From positions 106,580,001 to 106,644,000 of the forward strand of contig NC_045697.1 of NCBI RefSeq assembly GCF_009834535.1: a stretch of DNA of 64,000 bases. Direction: 5' to 3'. Positions 11,034-23,384 of this stretch are shown one piece after another; within the stretch, counting starts at the first letter, position 1; every line of letters starts with the position of its first letter. Made by a program: the position numbers and the translations under genes. The DNA comes from Camelus ferus. Lineage: Eukaryota. A model generated the notes under the pieces. That model made no database searches, had not been told where the DNA came from, and saw only the letters and a program-made list of their open reading frames with translations.

Positions 11034-14000
11034 AAAAAGAATGTATCTAAATTTCTCTGAAAAGGAAAAAGGTTATTATGATTCCAATTCAAGTCAATTA
11101 AGAAAGACTTAGCTTGACTTTAAAATTTTTTATGTTTGTATACAGCTGAGCTAAATGCAAAATTCAAACAGGGAAAACCTCTAGAACCAAGTAGAATACT
11201 CCCATTCTATAAACATATACACAAAAACCAAAACACTTACTTGGTGCTACATTTAGAGTTTTATTAATTAAAACATGCAGTGTTTTGGACCTGGTGATGT
11301 ACCTGCTGAAGTCATCTTTGCTCACTTCAAACATCCCAGGGGTTCAAGTGAGAAAGCACTTGATGGTCTCTGGCATTTCACTTTTTCATAAAGTGCAGGA
11401 GTTCACGGAGGCCATGGTGGCTTGGACCTTCAAAGGATCAGTGGGAGAGACTTGAACCTCTGCCTTTCGGCTTAACAGAAAATGAGTCTGCATGCCCAAA
11501 ATAATGTAAGATAAAATCGTATCATTAACTATCCCGGGGTAGTGACTGAACTAAAAGTGGAAAGGAGAGAAGCCCAACTCACTGCTTTAAGGGCAACAGA
11601 CATTAATTCAATACTTGTTGAATTAAAGGAATTTGATTATATTTCTACCTTGGGCTGCCTGAATTTAATTCCAGCCCCACTGGTTACTTGTTTTATTATT
11701 CTTTGGGACTATTTTCTTAGCTTCTGCAAGTCTTAATTCCATATTCATAAGATCTTGTTATGAAGAATAGCTGAGGTAACCTATGCAAAGCTCCCAGCAC
11801 GATGCTCAATATGCTTTAAGTGCTTATGAAAGTTGTCCTTTAGCATTATTAGTGGTAATAATATTCCATTTCCTGAAACTTCTTGCTAGTTAGATACTCT
11901 CTGATTTCCTGAGGTAATACCATACTGTCAAAATATCTATGTGTATAGTGTAGGGGAGGGGGGGAACAGCCTACATTTTAAAAGTGTTTTGTTTTGTTTT
12001 TTTTAATCTTGGTTTTGTCATTTCTTTTGCTTAAACTCAGTGTTCAGGATGACCTGATTTTAGAAGTAAATGAACTTAACATTTATTTTCATCACAATTA
12101 AATGATTTGTTCTGCCCTTTCTGTAGGCACAAACTTAAATCCAAATGAGATTCTGAAGTGGGAAATAACATTCACAAGGAACTACTGTCAAGGCTCATGC
12201 CAGATGCTACTCTGTTAGTTCTGGTGCATTAATTTCAGCATCATTGTATCCTGAGATTGGCTGACACCACGAAGACTCAAGTGTATCAAGACTCTTGTCT
12301 CTCTTCACTCCCGGTCCCTCCGCTCACCCTTTGTTCAGTTCCAGGACCTGCTCCCTGTTACGACTAGGTTTATGGATTTATCTGCCCGCCTGTCTGCATC
12401 CAAGACTAAACTGACTGCTTAGACAGAGAGTGGTTAGGTAACCTTCCGTTCAGTATTAGATTTCAACTTCATCACCAGAAGAGGGGACATACTTACAGTA
12501 TCTTCTGAGCACAAAGCCTAGCACATAAGGAAGAGCTCAATAGTATTTATTAGCTATTCTGACTTTTGTTACTATTATTTTTAACAAGCTCCATCTTGGT
12601 ATTTATGCTTTTTCTAAAAGACCATCATTAGATTCTGGCTTCTTTTTCCCTTCTGAGGTTTCCAAAATCACCCAACAGGCAGCTGTCCACTAAGCCTATG
12701 CCTAGAGCTTAGGCCAATTTAGTTCTTAAAGAAGTAGGAGAAAGTCTTCTTCTTTTTTTTTTTTTTTCCCACTACTAAAGCTAGCACAAATGTTAACCAA
12801 GCTTTTAAAATAATTTTCTTTTATTTAAATTCATCCAAAGTCACAGAACAATTTTTCAGAAGTTGCTGTTTCCTCTTCTTGTGTGTATTTTTTTTTTTTC
12901 AATCATGGTAAAATAATGTAGACTTTCCACTGGGGGAAAAAGAAGGAGAGAGAAAGCATGAAAATCAGAGCCAGTTAAAGAAGAAATGCAAAAGTTCTTG
13001 GCCCTGATTAAGGACATATGTAAGGAGGAAAAAAACCTTTAAACCAGGAGGGTTCCCAAGGTAATAATTTCCTTTGTGCTCAGTGATTCTGAAAACACTG
13101 TAATTGTTACTTGGAAGTGATTGAGGACTTTAAAGTTTGTTTTGAAAGTGTGTAACACACACAAATCAGCAATTGATGCTTCCAAGTTCAAAGGAAATAA
13201 ATTTGAATCCATAACATTTATTCAAAATCTATGACACTGAGAAAATATTTGCTTTAATAATACAGATGTCCATTTAGAGTGTATAAGGAGACCAAAATGT
13301 TTTTAAGACAAGGGGTCCTTCTGTCAAAACCACTTAGAATCACAAACCTAGAGTAATAGGGTTTGAGGCCAGATCCTACTATTAATGGCCACAAACACTT
13401 GGAAGCCATGCCACCACAAGGGAAAAACAGTAGACCCACCACAGTAAAGTTCAGCTCTCCGTGTTTCCCTCCATAGCTTCCCGCTGGCAGCCCCTATGTT
13501 ATTCTGCCTCCACAGGGAACTCCAGCAGGTCTGCAAAGTCAAACAAAACAATCATTTCCCTGCCAAGGGTAGTGGTTAAGACATTAGACCTCAGTGTATA
13601 TCCTGGCCCAGTTATTTACTAGACCTGTGGCTTTAGGTAAGTTACCTCTCAGCACCTTTCACATATTCATTCATTCATTCATTTGGTAAATGTTTCTGAG
13701 CAGCTGCAACGTGCCAGGCACTGTGCTGGGCCCGGAGGATGTAAGCAGTGGTGTGTACAGACAAATATACTCTCTGAGGCAGACACCATAGGTTGGCTAA
13801 CGAATACCCATTGTCAACCCTCTTCACTGCTTCTGTCCCACAGTGAGTGGCTTGGCACCACTTAATTTCCTTGAGTCATTTTCTCGTCTGTAAAATGGCT
13901 GAGTTGCTCTATATTTTCTCTATGATCTGATCCAGCTCCGTCACTACGTCTGCCTGAATTCTGGGTGTTATTAGTTAAGTTTCTACTGTGTGCAAGCACT

Positions 14001-14897
14001 AAATGAAACCAAGCTAGCGAGGGAGCAGAATTCAGGACAGCAGGCTAGGGCTTACCAAAGCTGTGGGAGGAGCCAGCCATTGTCTCCATAGCATGTCCAT
14101 GGCTGAACCACAGGTTGTCTCAGCCCCAGGTATCTCCCCTTCCAAAGCATCCGTCAGCAGACAGGTGCAGAACCTGGGACATCATAGTGTGTTCTTCCCA
14201 ATATCTAACAATCATATACTCGTAAAACTAGGTTAAAACAAACATCAAGGACAGAAGGAGATCACAAAAGAGTGAGGATGTCATCTGCCCTGAGGAAGGA
14301 AGAAGGGCAGGCAGGTTCACATAATTTGCCTAGTAATGAGTTGCACGTAATACTTCCAGCATGTTTGTGGTACAGGAAATGTGCTACTAAAGGAGTCGGT
14401 TTTGACATGTGACTGTGGTCAGTTTGCACAGCTTTGGTTTTCCTGCTGTATTCTCTAAGCCTAAATTGCACCGGGGTGGCAGACCAGTTCTCTCTTGAAG
14501 GGTGCCAAAACTCCTGAGGTCATGCAGGGTAGAAGGGAGACCCTGAAGAGGACTTAGGGACATGGGAGCAGACCTTAGGAGGTAGGAAGGAGAATTCAAG
14601 CTTGCTGTCCTGTCTTCCTTTTCTTGACCTATACTTTGATGAATAAATGTAGCTAATAACAGTCCTCCCAGTAGAAGGGAATAAAGAAAGCCTTTGAAAT
14701 GGAATTTATGAAGGAGGTTGTGCAGGGAAAATTGGAGCTAAAGAAAAAAGATCTATAATTTGTTACATTATTCAGGCTCATAGTGCTCTAATTTTAGTTT
14801 CCTTTTATCATCACTGGGGTAAATCTTTGCTTAACTATTTAGCCTCTTCTCAGCTATAGGATATGAAGAGAAGGCTATAAAGTGTGAAGAGAAGCCT

Positions 14898-15540
14898 CGT
14901 TTCTCAGTTAGGGTTTTATCAGAGGAACAAAGCAACTAGAAGTTACATAACCATATAGGATTTGTTATAGGGATTCGACAATGAGCAATTTGGGGTCTGG
15001 TTAAACAGTCTATGTGAAGCTGTTGGCTTTGCATCTGGTGCTGGATCCTAAAGTTAGCAAGGCAGGAAGTTAGGCAGGGAAGAGAGATATAAAATCAGGG
15101 AGAACAAAGACAAACCAGAGTCCGCAGAGACTAACCAGAACCCGTATTTCTCTCCCTGCCTCCAAACTTGTCATTTGGATGATGCAGTGTCCTGCAGGAG
15201 AAGCTGGTGTCCTTCATCACAGAGCTAAAAAGGCCCACGGTCCAGGAGTCAGGGAAACTGTGGGAGGATCCAGAGGGAACTTGAAGGGGCTGCAGACTCA
15301 GCTGCACACCCAGCCAACAAAACAAGCCAGCAGATGAACAGTCACGGGCATGAGCAGCAGGAACACCTGGTGCCTCTAGACTGACCTTCCAGGCATAAAA
15401 AGTATATGGCTGGTTCTTCATTTTCCAGATCTCATGAAAATTGTCTTTTATAGCCTCTTAACTCAAAAATACGCAAGGAAGGGATTTCTGGGAAATGCAA
15501 TTCTGGTTTAGCTAGCCCGACAAAATATAAATCCACCACA
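14898..15540 (-). mobile_element. Ancient ERVL-class solo LTR (LTR16/LTR33-like)
   Basis: tctcagttagggtttt...ggatttgttataggg start and ggaagggatttctgggaaatgcaattctggtttagcta...ccaccaca end resemble old ERVL LTRs in reverse orientation. Confidence 0.6.
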
Positions 15541-16014
15541 ATCCATTTCTCCACAGTTGTACCAGATTATTAAGTGAAGGAGCAGCTCTTTAAGGCCCTC
15601 GTGGTGAAAAAGGTAATCAGCTAGTGACTCAAAGAGGACAGTCCAAGAGCTCGGGCAGCGTGATCTAGCTGTACCACCTGTCCGAAAAATCCCGTTTACA
15701 GTGCCAACTCAGTTACCTGTAGTATGGAAAGACGTCTTCCCTTACACAAGTGCAAGAACCATGGGTATCCTCAGTGTGAGCCAGCAGAACCATCTTCTAA
15801 ACTTGGCTTCTCCTCCCTTTCCTGCATCCCTGCTTCACTGCTCGCGTGCCTGTGAACTCCTGGTTACAGGACTTCCTTTCCAATTCCCTGCTCCTGAAGG
15901 ATGGCTCTTACTCTGTCAATCTAACTGCACATTTAACATTCCTACCAATTGAGTTCCAATGCTTTATGATAAAAGATATGTTTTCAGTAATAAGAATGCT
16001 GAAATTAAGAATTA

Positions 16015-19000
16015 AGGGACTTTTACTTCTGGTTAGAATCTAGAAGTCTCAAATCACTAACCCCTCACCAAACAACAAGAACAAGCTTTAAAAAAAAAAA
16101 AAGAAATTATAGTAAAAACTATCAAAGGACAGTATATGATTTGATACTATGTCAAAGTTTCAAGTTATAGTTGAAACTATCAAAAAGCTGAGGAATGAAT
16201 CTAAAGGAACTAAAAGAAACTCAAATAAATTAAGTTCCAAAAAGGAACAACTCTTTTTAAGAGAGTTGACATATGCCTGCTCTTCTCCCTTGCAGAACAA
16301 TGACAGGAGGAGAAAAACTGCCACTGACAAGGGTGTGGGGAAAACCAGCCTGACTTTGAACAAACGTGGGATGGTTGCATGTGGGCTGGCATCATAGACA
16401 AGAAGCCTGGGAAGCCTCGGTGAGAGTCCCCTTACACTCACTGGCCAGCTCTTTCCTACGAGGCCTTCACTAAGGGCACAACACAGAAGGCTAGGTGCAG
16501 AATGGGAGAGCTGTGGGAGCAACTTCTGAGATGCACTCAGTGTTATCCAAGAGGAAGGGAACAACAAGCGGAACAGAGACGGCAAGTTCAGAAAGCTCAG
16601 AGAGCCCCTGAGTGGCACTGCGCCTTCACTGAGTACACGGCAGTAGGGGCAGTGGCCTACCAAATGCTGGGCAGGACAGAAGAGCTGAGTGTAACTCCTC
16701 ATCGTGTGTAAGTCCCTCACTGAGTGTAAGCCAGCAGGTCTGCAAAGAATGAGGGCAGGACAGCAGGGTAAAGAGAATCCCCTGAGGCATGGAAAGCCAA
16801 GGACAGGACTAGAGGCCGAAGAGAATGCCTTCATAGAGCCAAAATGCGGCTGGCTGGATAATACAGCAGAGGAAGATCACAAGATTGTCACTGATTCACA
16901 TATTCCAAGGCATCCCAACAGGAAAATACTGATTCTTTGCTCTAAACATTTGAAACCAAGAGTAAATTGAATCTAATGAAAGCTCCTAAAAGCCCAGAAA
17001 TGTGTCAATCACAGATTCGATTGACTTTCTAGTTCTACAGTCCCCTCTTTAACCCAGCAGCTCAACAGAGGAAAGAACATACCCTTGGCCAGAGATATTT
17101 CCACCCCTACTATTTTTCTACACATAATTTGGCCATGAGCAAAAAAATTACAAGCTATGTAAGGAGTGAAATGTGACCTAAATTCAAGATAAAAACCAAA
17201 CACTACAGCTTACCTGGAGATGACATGGCTTTGGAATTAAAACAAAAGACCTTAAAATAACTATGATAAATATGGTAAGGGATATATGGAAAAGGTTAAA
17301 AATATGATAAACATGGAATTTCAGTAAAGAAATTGAAACTACAAAAGAGAACAAAATGATAAGTCTAGAAATGAAAAGTTACAATATCAGAAATGAAGGA
17401 TTCATTCAATGGAGTTAATAGTAGACTGGACAATCCGTAAGAAAGAAAAAGTGAAGATAAACCAATGGAAGTTAGTCAAACTGGAGCAAAAAGAGGAAAA
17501 AACGAGCAGAAAAGAACAGAGCATCTAAAACTTGTAGGACAACATTAAATGGTCTAACATACACAAAATCTGAGTTTCAGAAGGAAAGGGCATGAGAAAA
17601 TGGGATAAAAGAAATATTTGAAAAGAAAATATTTGATAAATTTCCAAAGTTGATGAGAGACATTAAATCACAGATCAGAAATAATCAGCAAACTCTAAGC
17701 AGAATAAATACAAAGAAGAAAAACCTTAGACACATCGTAGTCAAAATTCTGATCACTGAAGATGAAGAATTACATAAGCGAACAGATAAAAGAGATGTAA
17801 TACATTCAGAGGAACAATGTTAAAAATGAATCTGGCATCTCCTCAGGAATAGTGAGAGCAAGAGGACAATAAAATAACATGTCAATCTAGAATTCTATAT
17901 CTAGTAAAAATATCCTTCACATTAAAGACAAAGATATTTTTGAACAGACAAAGCTGAGATGATTCAACTCCAGCAGACATGTGCAGTAAGAAATGCTTTA
18001 AAAGAAGCTCTTTAAGCTGAAGGGATATAGTGCCAAATAAAAGCTTAGAGCTACAGAAAGGAGAGAAGAGCCCCTGAAAAAGGGTAAATATGTGGGAAAA
18101 TATAAAAGAGAATTTTTAAAGGTCCTATATATAATTTTAAACTTATTGAAAAGATGATTGTCTAAAGCAAAAATACTCTCAAAGTATTAAGAAAAATGTA
18201 GCAACAAGAGCGTAAGTGTGGAAAAGGGGCAAGTAGAATTGTACTATTATAAGTTACCTAGTTTTTTATGAAGTGATGCATCACTGTTTGAATGTACACT
18301 GTGATTGCATATGGATACCTATTATGATCTCTGTAAAGCCACAGTTATTACGGCAGTGTGGGATTGTCATAGAACAGAAAATTGTTTAATAGAACAGAAT
18401 AGTAGAGGATCCAAAAATAGCACCACATACATACAGTCAACTGATTCTCAACAAAGGGATCACTGTAATTCAGTGGGAAAGGAACATCTCCACAACTAAC
18501 TGGAACAATCAGGTGTGCATATGGGAAAAAATTGAACCTAGATCTCTAGTTCATACTATATTTTAAAAAGTAATCTAAGTTAGATTATAGATATAAATAT
18601 AGAACTTAGAACCATAATGTTTCTAGAAAAAAATATAGGAGAATAATGTCATTGCTAAGATTTCTTAGGACACCAAGAGCACTAATCATAAAAGACAAAA
18701 TGATACCTTGGACTTCATCAAAATTAAAAATTGCTGCTCCTCAGAAGACACTATTAAGCAAATGAATAGGCCAGACACAATCTGGGAGGTCCTATTCGTA
18801 ATACACACTGTGGGACGAAGGACTTACATCCAGAATTAAGAAGGAGTCCTACAAATTAATAAGAAAATACAACCAATTTAAAATAGCAAAATATTTAAAT
18901 AGAGGCTTCGAAAGATAGACTCATGACCAACAAGCACATGGAAAGTTACTCAATATCATTAGTCATCAGGGAAATACAAATAAAAACCACAGTTCCATAC

Positions 19001-19622
19001 CCACTACATGGCTAATATCAGAAAGACTGGCAATGAATTACTATTAACAAGGAATGTGGAGCAAACATTTTGGAAAGCTGACAACTTCTTATATCTATAC
19101 ATAAACCTACCTGATAACCAAGTAATCCCACTTCTAGGTATTTCCCCAAGGGAATTTATAACTATGTCCACACACACACACAAATACTTTTACTAGAGAG
19201 TTCATAGAAGCTTTATTCTTAGTAGTCAAAAACTTGAAATAATTTAAATGTCCATCAATAGAGAATGAAATATTATTCAGCAATAAAAAGGGAGAAACTA
19301 CTGATAAAACAACAATACAGATGCTTCTCACAAATACAATAGTGAGTGAATGAAGCCAGATACAAAAGAATATATAATCTATGACTTCAGTTATAACAAG
19401 TCCAAGACCTATGGTAACTACCATGTCTATGGTAATAGAAATCAGAACATTGTTGCTTGGAGCAGAAAGGATTGACTGGAAAGGACAAGAGATAACATTC
19501 TGGGGTGAAAGAAACATGTTCTCGATCTCAATTTGGGTAGTGTTAACGTGGGTGTAGACAATTTTCAAAACTCATTCAACTACACAATATCTGTGCATTT
19601 TATTTTAAGTTATCTCAACAAA
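16015..19622 (+). mobile_element. Ancient internally deleted L1 (5' region, ORF1, ORF2 3' end, L1MD/ME-type 3' UTR)
   Basis: A-rich ORF1-like 17200-18100 (ctagaaatgaaaa, ctagaattctatatctagtaaaaatatccttc); ORF2 end 18320-19260; 3' UTR gattgactggaaaggacaagagataacattctggggtga. The 5' boundary is uncertain. Confidence 0.8.
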
Positions 19623-19834
19623 AACCGTAAAATTTAAAGATACATATTGAAACTATCTGGGGTAGCTGCAACAATTTTACCACTTAACATTCTAACCCAT
19701 CTGGACAACATAAGTAAGCATTCAGTTGTGAGCTTCCTGGAAACTAAGGTCAAGGGAATTTTTACCTTTGACATATAAAGGCTTGTTAACACATGAATAA
19801 GCTTAAATCGATCGGATTTGCTAGCTGTCACCTT

Positions 19835-20600
19835 GAAGCTCAGGGCCATCATCTGTGCCACCAATCTTAGCTTCATTGATTCCAATGGCCTCCTAAATGT
19901 GCGCTCTGTCTCTACCCTTCTCTCCCTCCGATCTATTCCTCAACTTACAATCAGAGATTTTTAAAAAAACAAAAAATAAATAAATATGGCAATGAATATG
20001 GACTACAAATAAAATACAAACTTTGTTGTAGTGCGGCACATGGACTATTATATAACCTCTCCCCTACATACCTCTCTAGCCTCCTCATTGCCTACCACTC
20101 CTTGCTTCGTACCTGACAAGTCTTGTCAATCCTCATCGTTACAGTGTCCCCACACACACTATGTTGTTTAAAATCCCCATGCCTTGCTCATACTCTTCTC
20201 TGTTCCCAGAGTGCCTTTTCAGCTTACCTTATCCTGAACAACTTACTCGTCCTTTTCAGACTTCGCTCAGGGGTCATCTTTCGGGGATACGTTCCTTGAA
20301 CCATCACACAATTCCCAGTGTAGACCTGTAGCTTAGCACTTACCATATTTGAAGCTCATTAACAAATACTTACAAAGCCTCTACTTTGCACCGTTTCAGC
20401 CCTTAGGATGCATCCATTAACTAAACAAACCATCTTAACTTCAGGTAATTAAATTTGTTAATTTGCCGTGTCCGGCTAAATGACAAATTCCATGAAGCTA
20501 AGCCATGGCTTTTCAAGTTTGTACCTGTAGCACCAAGCCCCATGGCTGGCACATAACAGCTGCTCACTACAAATTCTTGTGAACTGAGATGAACCAAATG
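19835..20600 (+). mobile_element. L2 LINE fragments
   Basis: aatggcctcctaaat...ctattcctcaac...ccatgccttgctcatactcttctct...gcaccaagccccatggctggcacataacagctgctca. Confidence 0.65.
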
Positions 20601-21624
20601 ATGGAACAGGACATCAGATGGCTACGTGCTGATTAGCAGGAATAAGAAAGACTGATTCAGAGCTGCCTGTGAAGCACAAGCCACTGGGGAGGACTCTTAG
20701 CCGCGGGGAACAGCAGAGCAGCTCTGGAAGCCATGGGGGGATGAAATGCAGAAACCAGACTTCACTGACTACACGATTTTGCCTCGATCTGCCCTTACAT
20801 GAAGCAGCCAGAAATAATTTCAAGACCACATAAGCGCTGAGTTTTGAGTGGTGGCAGATCCCCGCTGACATCCCACCGAGGGTGTTTGATTGCCCCCTAC
20901 GTTCCAGACCAGGTGTCTCTGGATGGCAATCTACTTCCTCTCACCTCGGGGTGGCCAGAGGGGAAGCTGGATGAGAGGTAGGTGGGCAACAGGGTGAGGG
21001 TTTTAAAAATTATATTCCTTGACTGATTGCCTGAGATTACGTATGAGGTGTGATTACATGGTAATGAGAGCCATTTTCATGTGTGACTTGTCTTATGTTT
21101 TAATCACACCTCATCTATGGAATGTGTGTCATTTTATACAATGTTTGAAAATTACCGCAACCTCGGGTATCTGGCAGGAAATGGTAAATTGTTATTGAGT
21201 GCTCTTTTGCAAGGTAACTGTACCCTGGTTTCTCTTTAGAGCATGTATGTAATTATGAGACTATGGAGAGTCCTTTTCTTTCCAGAAAATGTAATTCCAG
21301 GCATGTGACCTAAAAGAAGAACAGAGAAGCATTATATTTCTAAAGTTGTGATCATCTGAACACTCCACAGCCTTTTGACAATTGTTATAAACTACTTGGC
21401 AATAATGATAAAAATGACACTTTTAATAAATGTATAGTGGGCAAACATTTGGAAATAAAGAGAGAAGTCAGCTAAAATTAAGAAAGTGAAACTAGTAAAG
21501 GGCTTCTGTACTGAATAATTATAATTCTTAAAAGCATTCACCACAGTTATCCAAAGGGCTTCTAACAGAATCTAGGTGGGGCTTTGACAGACATGAAAAC
21601 ACTAAAATTAAGACATATGAACTT

Positions 21625-21778
21625 ATTTTTTATTGAACTATAGTTGATTTACAATGTTGTGTTAGTTTCAGGTGTACAGCGAAGTGGTTCAGTTATACAT
21701 ATATACGTACATTATAGATATTTATTCTTTTTCAGATTCTTTTCCATTATAGGTTGTTACAAGATATTGAATATGGAT
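21625..21778 (-). mobile_element. L1 extreme 3' UTR fragment
   Basis: ttttttattgaactatagttgatttacaatgttgtgttagtttcaggtgtacagc is the reverse complement of the 3' UTR at ~10880-11010. Confidence 0.88.
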
Positions 21779-22127
21779 CTTTTTTTAGAACAGTTCTTGC
21801 TGTAGCTAAAAGAATATTTATAACTAACTAAGCAAGAGAATAACCATGTGTTAAGAACCTAAGATTTGAAGTTAAAGATGTCAAATGCAAAAAAAAATAC
21901 AACAAGAATAGTAGCCAATTATGAAATTAATAACAATTGGAGTCCGTCTTTGGCCACATGGAACTAAATCCCTGACTGTCAATATTAGATCTTGAGGGAC
22001 AAATATGGCCAAGCCAGCATGAGAAGTAAAAATGTCGGCAGAAGCTAGAGTTGCACCCAGCAGACTATGAAAAGGGAAATTTAAAGAGCCATTTCATCTG
22101 GAGTGTGTAATTTTCAAAATGACTTAG

Positions 22128-22255
22128 AGCAGTAGGTCTCAAACTTTATGGTTCATAGAAATCACTGAGAGTGCAAATTCCTCATTAACAGTGGGAACGA
22201 ATCTGCACTTTATTCTGATGTAGGGGGGGCTTCTGATCACGTTTTTAAAGCAGCA
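22128..22255. mobile_element. MER5A-like hAT MITE
   Basis: gcagtaggtctcaaacttt...aatcactgaga...gaatctgcacttt...attctgatgtag. Confidence 0.6.
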
Positions 22256-22397
22256 TGTAGAAAGTAGGAATTCTTACATAATTGAGATTTTTCATTATGA
22301 CTTTACTACATAACTTAATAATGATAAGACTGAGATTTTTAAAATTCAGCAAAACTTTTTCTTGGGAAATAAATTCATTTAAAAATATTTCCCCTGA

Positions 22398-23384
22398 CTA
22401 ATTTTCAAACTATACAAACAGATCATGCAGCTTAATATAAAAAAAAAAAAAAAACCAAGCAACCCAATCAAAAAATGGGCAGAAGACCTCTCCAGAGAAG
22501 ACACACAGATGGTCAACAAGCATATGAAAAGATGCTCAGTATCACTAATTATTAGAGAAATGCAAATCAAAACTGCAGTGAGGTATCACCTCACACCAGT
22601 CAGAATGGCCATTATTAAAAAGTCCACAAACGACAAATGATGGGAGGGTGTGGAGAAAAAGGAACCCTCCCACACTGTTGGTGGGAATGTAAATTGGTGC
22701 AGCCACTGTGGAAAACAGTATGGAGATTCCTTAAAAAACAAAAAATAGACTTACCATATGATCCAGCAGTCCCACTCCTAGGCATATATCTGGAGAAAAC
22801 TCCTAATTCAAAGGATGCATGCACCCCAATGTTCACAGCAGCACTATTTACAACAGCCAAGACATGGAAACAACCCAAATGTCCATCAACAGATGACTGG
22901 ATAAAGAAGTTGAGATATAGATATAGATATAGATATAGATATAGATATAGATATAGATATAGAATACGACTCAGCCATAAAAAAGGATAAAATAATGCCA
23001 TTTGCAGTAGCATGGATGGACCTGGAGATTGTCATTCTAAGTGAAGTGAGCCAGAAAGAGAGAAAAATGCCATATGATATCACTCATATGTGGCATCTTT
23101 AAAAAATGACACAAATGAACTTATCTGCAAAACAGAAACAGACTCACAGACATAGAGAATAAACTTATGGTTATCAGTGGATAAGGGGTGGGAAAGGATA
23201 AATTAGGAATTCAAAATTTGCACCTCTTGGGGATGATGGAAATGTTAGATATCTTGATTGTAGTGGTGGTTCATTGGGGCATACATCTGTCAAAATTCAA
23301 TCAAACTGTACATCAAAAATATCTGTAGTTTACTGTAGAGGAACCATACCACAATGAAAGTGTTAAAAATAAAATAAAATAAAT
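22398..23384 (+). mobile_element. 5'-truncated L1 with chimeric 3' end and a perfect 17-bp TSD
   Basis: ORF2 C-terminal peptides ([32 protein letters not shown]); TSD aaaaatatttcccctga at 22381-22397 and 23385-23401; (AAAAT)n tail. Confidence 0.93.
22913..22962. repeat. (AGATAT)n microsatellite inside L1
   Basis: Direct observation; gives the RYRYRY/ISISIS peptides in the ORF track. Confidence 0.97.

Noticed and set aside
16160..16834. 224-aa minus-strand ORF
   Set aside because: No recognisable homology; lies antisense in or next to the 5' region of a decayed L1.
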